Below, piece by piece: positions 59,543 to 64,000 of a DNA stretch of 64,000 nucleotides (positions are counted from its first letter, which is position 1; every line of letters starts with the position of its first letter). The stretch is from Coniocarpon cinnabarinum (taxonomy: Eukaryota): positions 62,001 through 126,000 of the forward strand of contig JAVECO010000007.1 in NCBI GenBank assembly GCA_051942205.1. The letters run 5' to 3'. The notes beneath the pieces were generated by a model, which saw only the letters and a program-made list of their open reading frames with translations, was not told the origin of the DNA and searched no databases. A program made the translations under genes and the position numbers.

Positions 59543-60070
59543 ATGGACCTCATCAAAGACCTGCCAGATGAAATCAAACTCCCTCTACTCAGTAGATATA
59601 TTGAGCATAAGCTGAGTGAGCATGCCCGGATGGAAGAACATGTTTGGTGCCGTTCGCCTTCGACCAAAATCTGGTCCGATGAGAGGACTTTTGACGAGCT
59701 ATGGCAAATAGGTCGGTATCTCGAGAGATGCAAGGAGGCCACCAACCTGAAAAACCAACCTGTAAAGCAACTTGTACATATTGCTTCGTTCAACAAACGG
59801 TGTCTTTGGCTCGTACGCGACGCTGTCAACAAGCGTATAGCACATCAAGAGGAGTGTGAAGCGTCGTTGAAGACGGCGCAGGCTGTCAAAAAACAATGCT
59901 TGCACGAATGTGAGGTTGAAACAGTCGCGAGGCTTGCGCACGAATATCTAGAGATGGCACAAGCACGTGGTCAAGTTGTTAGGGAGCTGTCATGCTTGCG
60001 ACGTATACAGCTCGATCTGAGGGAGAAGCCGGATCGCCAACTATGGCAGGAACTTCCCTTTCCTGAATGA
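59543..60070 (+). CDS. Orphan helical protein with F-box-like N-terminus (paralog B)
   Basis: MDLIKDLPDEIKLPLL; shares K.SEHA..EH..C, NKRCL.LV..AV..R and CL..I.L.L with paralog A. Confidence 0.65.
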   Translation: MDLIKDLPDEIKLPLLSRYIEHKLSEHARMEEHVWCRSPSTKIWSDERTFDELWQIGRYLERCKEATNLKNQPVKQLVHIASFNKRCLWLVRDAVNKRIAHQEECEASLKTAQAVKKQCLHECEVETVARLAHEYLEMAQARGQVVRELSCLRRIQLDLREKPDRQLWQELPFPE

Positions 60071-60784
60071 GATGCAGCAATTTATGAGTCGCCTCGTTCA
60101 AAACCCTTGGGCCTTCTGGCAAAGCGCACGCAGGAAGTTTGTAAGTTAGCGCGGTTGGTGCTCTAAGTTTTTGTAAATGCCTGCTCCATTCGCACCTGGA
60201 GCCTCGGGTGAGTAGTTGCAGAAATTTCTTGCAAATCCGCTCTCGGTGAGACTTTGCCGTCAGCAAACGCCGTCTGCGCCTGAGCAAGGAGTTCTCAGCC
60301 TTGAAATACTTTGTGGTCAGACACTGAGTGAAGAGAGACTTCATCAATAGCGGGGAGCGGGCGCCATTGCCAGTGCTGTCAACACTTAAGGGAAGCATGG
60401 GACACCGAGGGTCATTTCTTGATCAAGGTCTCTGTCTGTGTTGCGTCAGCGTCTCGCCGAATCATGACGGGCTTGGAGTCTGAGTGAATAATCTCTTGAC
60501 GTTGCTGCCCACATGTTACATGTCCTGAGATTGGAAAGTGGTCAGACATTATCTATCGTGCATCCTTCGAAGTTGGATTCACAATTGCACGGTGATGTCC
60601 CAATATAATAAAGAGGCTGCGTGTTCTCAGACGAAGTCTCTATGATCCTTCATATGCCCAATGTCTTTAGCCGGCCTCTCACCTAGCATTGCTAGTGTTA
60701 CATCCCCATTACTTTGTATCCGAGTGCCAGCTTGCATATCTCATAAGTCGTGACGCTTCCAATTCTATTTTCATACATTCCGTT

Positions 60785-63116
60785 TCACACACGATCGTCT
60801 CCAGGTCTTGAATTGCTGCCATCTTTTGGGTCTAGCAAAAGCCTGGGCTTGATGAATCCCTCGTCCAAGTGCCTGAACCATGTTGCCGGATCTTCCGTGC
60901 TTCCACTGAGGAACTGTCGGAACCCCTGCGCGCGTCCTGCATTGTTGTTTTTCCCTATATGACCACTCTCAGGATGCAGGTCAGTACCCGCACCGCCTTC
61001 TTCGGGACCTGCAACGCCGGGCGGTGCGCTTGTCGTTCGGCTAGGAGCTTCAACGCCTCGACTTCGATTCGGAGAGATAGGATTAGGGTTTGGTCGGCGA
61101 GCAGCAGGCGGGAGACCCAGGTCGTCGACGACGTCTTCATCATCGGAGTTCAATTCACTGTGAGCCAGAAGCCCTTGGGCGGCTTGAGCAGCGTAATCGC
61201 TCTCGCGCGCGACACGTAGACTGCTGTTATTCCTACTGTTGAGCCTAGGGCTCGGTCGACCGCCTGGTGGAGGTGTGCGAGCATTGCCGCTACTGTATCC
61301 GCCACTGTAGCCACCGCTTTTGATAAATCCGTCTGTGGGGCTGGTATCGAGCGCAATGTTATCACGATCGGGGTAGGATGCTTTTGGATTGTGTCCGAAG
61401 CCATTTCCTGAGCGTCTGGTGTAAGATGAGCCTGGTTTCACTACCTCAATGTCAAACTCATCGTCAGAGTCAACGTCCTCAACTACGCCGGTGCGAATGT
61501 TCAGTATTTCGAGCATGCGCGCAGTCGTGCCACCGAATATGATGACAGTCAGAATCACAACGACAAGTACAGTGGCTTTGAGGGGATGTTTGTTTGGTCC
61601 AGACAATCCAGCAGCAAGAGCAACACCTACGGCTCCACGAAGACCGGCCCAGAAGAGCATAGCCTGATAACTCCAAGGCATTACATCGTCAGCTTGATTC
61701 GTCCTTCCACTTCGACGATGTCGCCAGCGATTGAACCAATTTATAACGCTGGATAGCGGAAAGACTGCCATCCAGCGAGAGGCGCAGATACCTAGGCAGG
61801 TGATAATGATGAAGCCGGGTTTGAAGACTAGATCAGTCTCAGTAAAGAGTGAGAGTCCCAGATAGATGAAGATAAAGTTCTCAGAGAGTTGCGCGAGGAT
61901 CTGGAAGATGAATTTGATTGTCAATTGGGTGCGTCGAGACATGTTGTGGTAGGCGTAGTGTTTGAGACATATTCCGCAAAACAGAAGGGACACAATGCCT
62001 GCGTGAATGTGAGCTAAATTGTGACGCTTTTTCGCTTCTTTCGAGGATCATTGCAGACACGTACCGGACATGTGGATTGCATTTGCGAAGAAATAACTTG
62101 CGTATGCGATCAACAGCACTATGCAGCTTTCAATCTTGGGGAAGCGTCTGACGTATGTGAATTTGAGGAGCACTGATGTCGCTACCCCGATCACAATACC
62201 AATGACCAGGCTGCCAGTGAAGACGAGTAGGAAGATGCCGACGCTCTCCAGCATGCGGATGGGCGTGAGTCCGGAGGTGACCTCTCCCTCTTCGACCTCT
62301 GCACTGTATTGACTGTAGCGCTGCGCTGTCTCAAACAACACAATGGCAATGGCGTCATTGAGTATCGACTCTCCAAATATGGTGGTGTACAGCTTCGGAT
62401 CCACCCTGTAGGTGTTGAAAATGGCGAGGATAGTGACTGGATCTGTCGCCGAGAGTGTAGCTCCAACCGAAATCGCATCAACGAAAGTCAATCGCATCGA
62501 TTCAATTGGGAGCAGAGCCCACAAATAGATTACAAAGCCCAGCACCAGTGCCGAAATAAAGGTCCCCGCGAAGGCAAATGTGAGAATCGTCCCAATGTGA
62601 CGGAAGAAACGGCCTTGGTGCAGCTCATAGCCGGAAGCAAGGATGATCGGTGGTAGGAGCAGATTGAAGAAGAACTGGTACTTGAACGTGACGTTGCCTA
62701 GGACAGACTGCTGTGCTGTAAGCCGTAGGATCAGGCCGACAAACGAGCCTACAGAGCTTTAGCTGACATCGTGCCCACAGACGTTGTGTATTATACCTGC
62801 GAGAATAGATATCACTGTTTCATGTACCGCTTGTATTCTTCTTGCTTGCAGCATGTAGCTCACAAACAGTGCGACAATAAGTAGCACTATAAGGATGAGG
62901 AGTGACCATGACGTGGTGATTTCGGCAGCCTGACTATCGGCACCTGTTGGATGTCAGCGCGACGTTAGTACAGGAGGAACGGCTTTTGCTACCGTCATCA
63001 TCAGCATCAGCCCCATCATCTCTGGCTGTCAATCAGTTAGCCATACAATCATTACAGAAGTCCTCTGGGGTCAACAAACCGAACAATCGATAGAGAATTC
63101 GAGCCTCGGTCGCCAT
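60785..63116 (-). CDS. NHX1: Endosomal Na+(K+)/H+ antiporter Nhx1 (multi-intron)
   Basis: FFFNLLLPPIILASGYEL, SATDPVTILAIF, IFGESILNDA and FWAGLRGAVGVALA motifs. Short 5' exons start at ATG 63116. Confidence 0.96.
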
Positions 63117-64000
63117 TGTGACAGCGGCCGATCACGACCTGCTGCTGGACGGCGACGTCCAGACTCAGGTGCAGACGGCCGCCGGACCTCTGCTATGAAG
63201 TCCGGAAGCTTGCGAGGTCAAGCCACGAGTGCTGGTGGAGAATGCTAAGGCATCGAATGTGAAGGCTGATGACAGGCAGCGCCAGACGTGCAATGAAGGT
63301 GCCGACGGTAGTCTCGGCCTAAGGGTCGCGCGTCATGCGGCGGAGTAGTGGGATGCAAGAGGAATGTCCTTATGAAGGATACAGTGCAAGTGTTGCATCC
63401 GTCCAACGCTCATCCTTGATGCCCTGAGACTCTGCGCGTGGCTCCGACCTCAAGGACGTGTGCAGTTTGGCAGGGTAGCTGACGGCTGTCCCCTCGTCCA
63501 GCTCACGTGATACTCGCACCCTGCCTCAACTTCTTAGTCAGGTGCATGCATTGATGTGGAGACTGACGCAGGTACGTCAGGGTATCTGAAATGTCCGAAA
63601 AAGGGAGCGGGTTCTACGATCCTCGACGGCAAACTCGTTCAGCATTGCACGCGCCTTCCGTTACAATGTCAACTTCTGCTGCTCAAGCCTGGCTCCATTT
63701 CTGCAGGAGCCGCAAGAGAAGGACCACGGGGTTCTTTGCTCCCGACAAGTTTTCTAGCTCGGTTGCCGCAATACGACTGGCAGCCCCATACACCCGCCGT
63801 GTGTCTCCTGTCGCGCAACGTGATCTCAATCATCTTTAGATGGACAGTTCCAGCACAAATCGGGCGATGAATCGAAAAGGATAAAAGATCTGCATGGTGT
63901 GCACGGAGAAGACTGCGGACATGGCACCAACGCGACAGCGAAGTCTGCAAAATGGCAACATGCTCCCTCTCACACAAGAGCGTCCGGCCCTTGCTGGGCA

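Noticed and set aside
59979..60398. 139-aa minus-strand ORF overlapping paralog B; possible third islet gene
   Set aside because: No similarity to paralogs A/B or to known domains; cannot be supported.
63669..64000. Minus-strand frame open to the window end
   Set aside because: No recognisable motifs; it could be a gene's 3' end but cannot be supported from this window.

Overview
This is eukaryotic DNA from a filamentous ascomycete (Pezizomycotina-type): short GT-AG introns with CTRAC/CTAAC branch points, about 24 densely packed genes and many divergent pairs. I found no supportable transposon, rRNA, tRNA or CRISPR array. Recognisable genes in order: 3' end of NCL1/TRM4, THO2, MSS116-like DEAD-box helicase, TAM41, BIR1, class II aldolase, STE12, MTO1, PLAC8 protein, homeobox/C2H2 transcription factor, eRF1 (SUP45), eIF6 (TIF6), PhyH dioxygenase, MFS transporter, MTG2/Obg, JMJD5-like JmjC protein, SDR, FAF1-like, HIS5, NHX1, plus several orphans. 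The most interesting signal is translational recoding. The eRF1 stop (GAC-TGA-CGG) is followed by a 14-bp stem-loop, a 176-codon open in-frame extension and a candidate 3'UTR intron, which fits a readthrough/NMD autoregulatory design. The JmjC gene has the same GAC-TGA-CGG stop and a strong downstream intron. A TAG-interrupted ORF is coupled to PLAC8 by a TGATG overlap. Other points are four TGAAACA sites upstream of STE12, a tandem pair of orphan F-box-like paralogs, and a GC-AG intron in BIR1. Gene names come from motif recognition only; no searches were run, and exon boundaries were read by eye.
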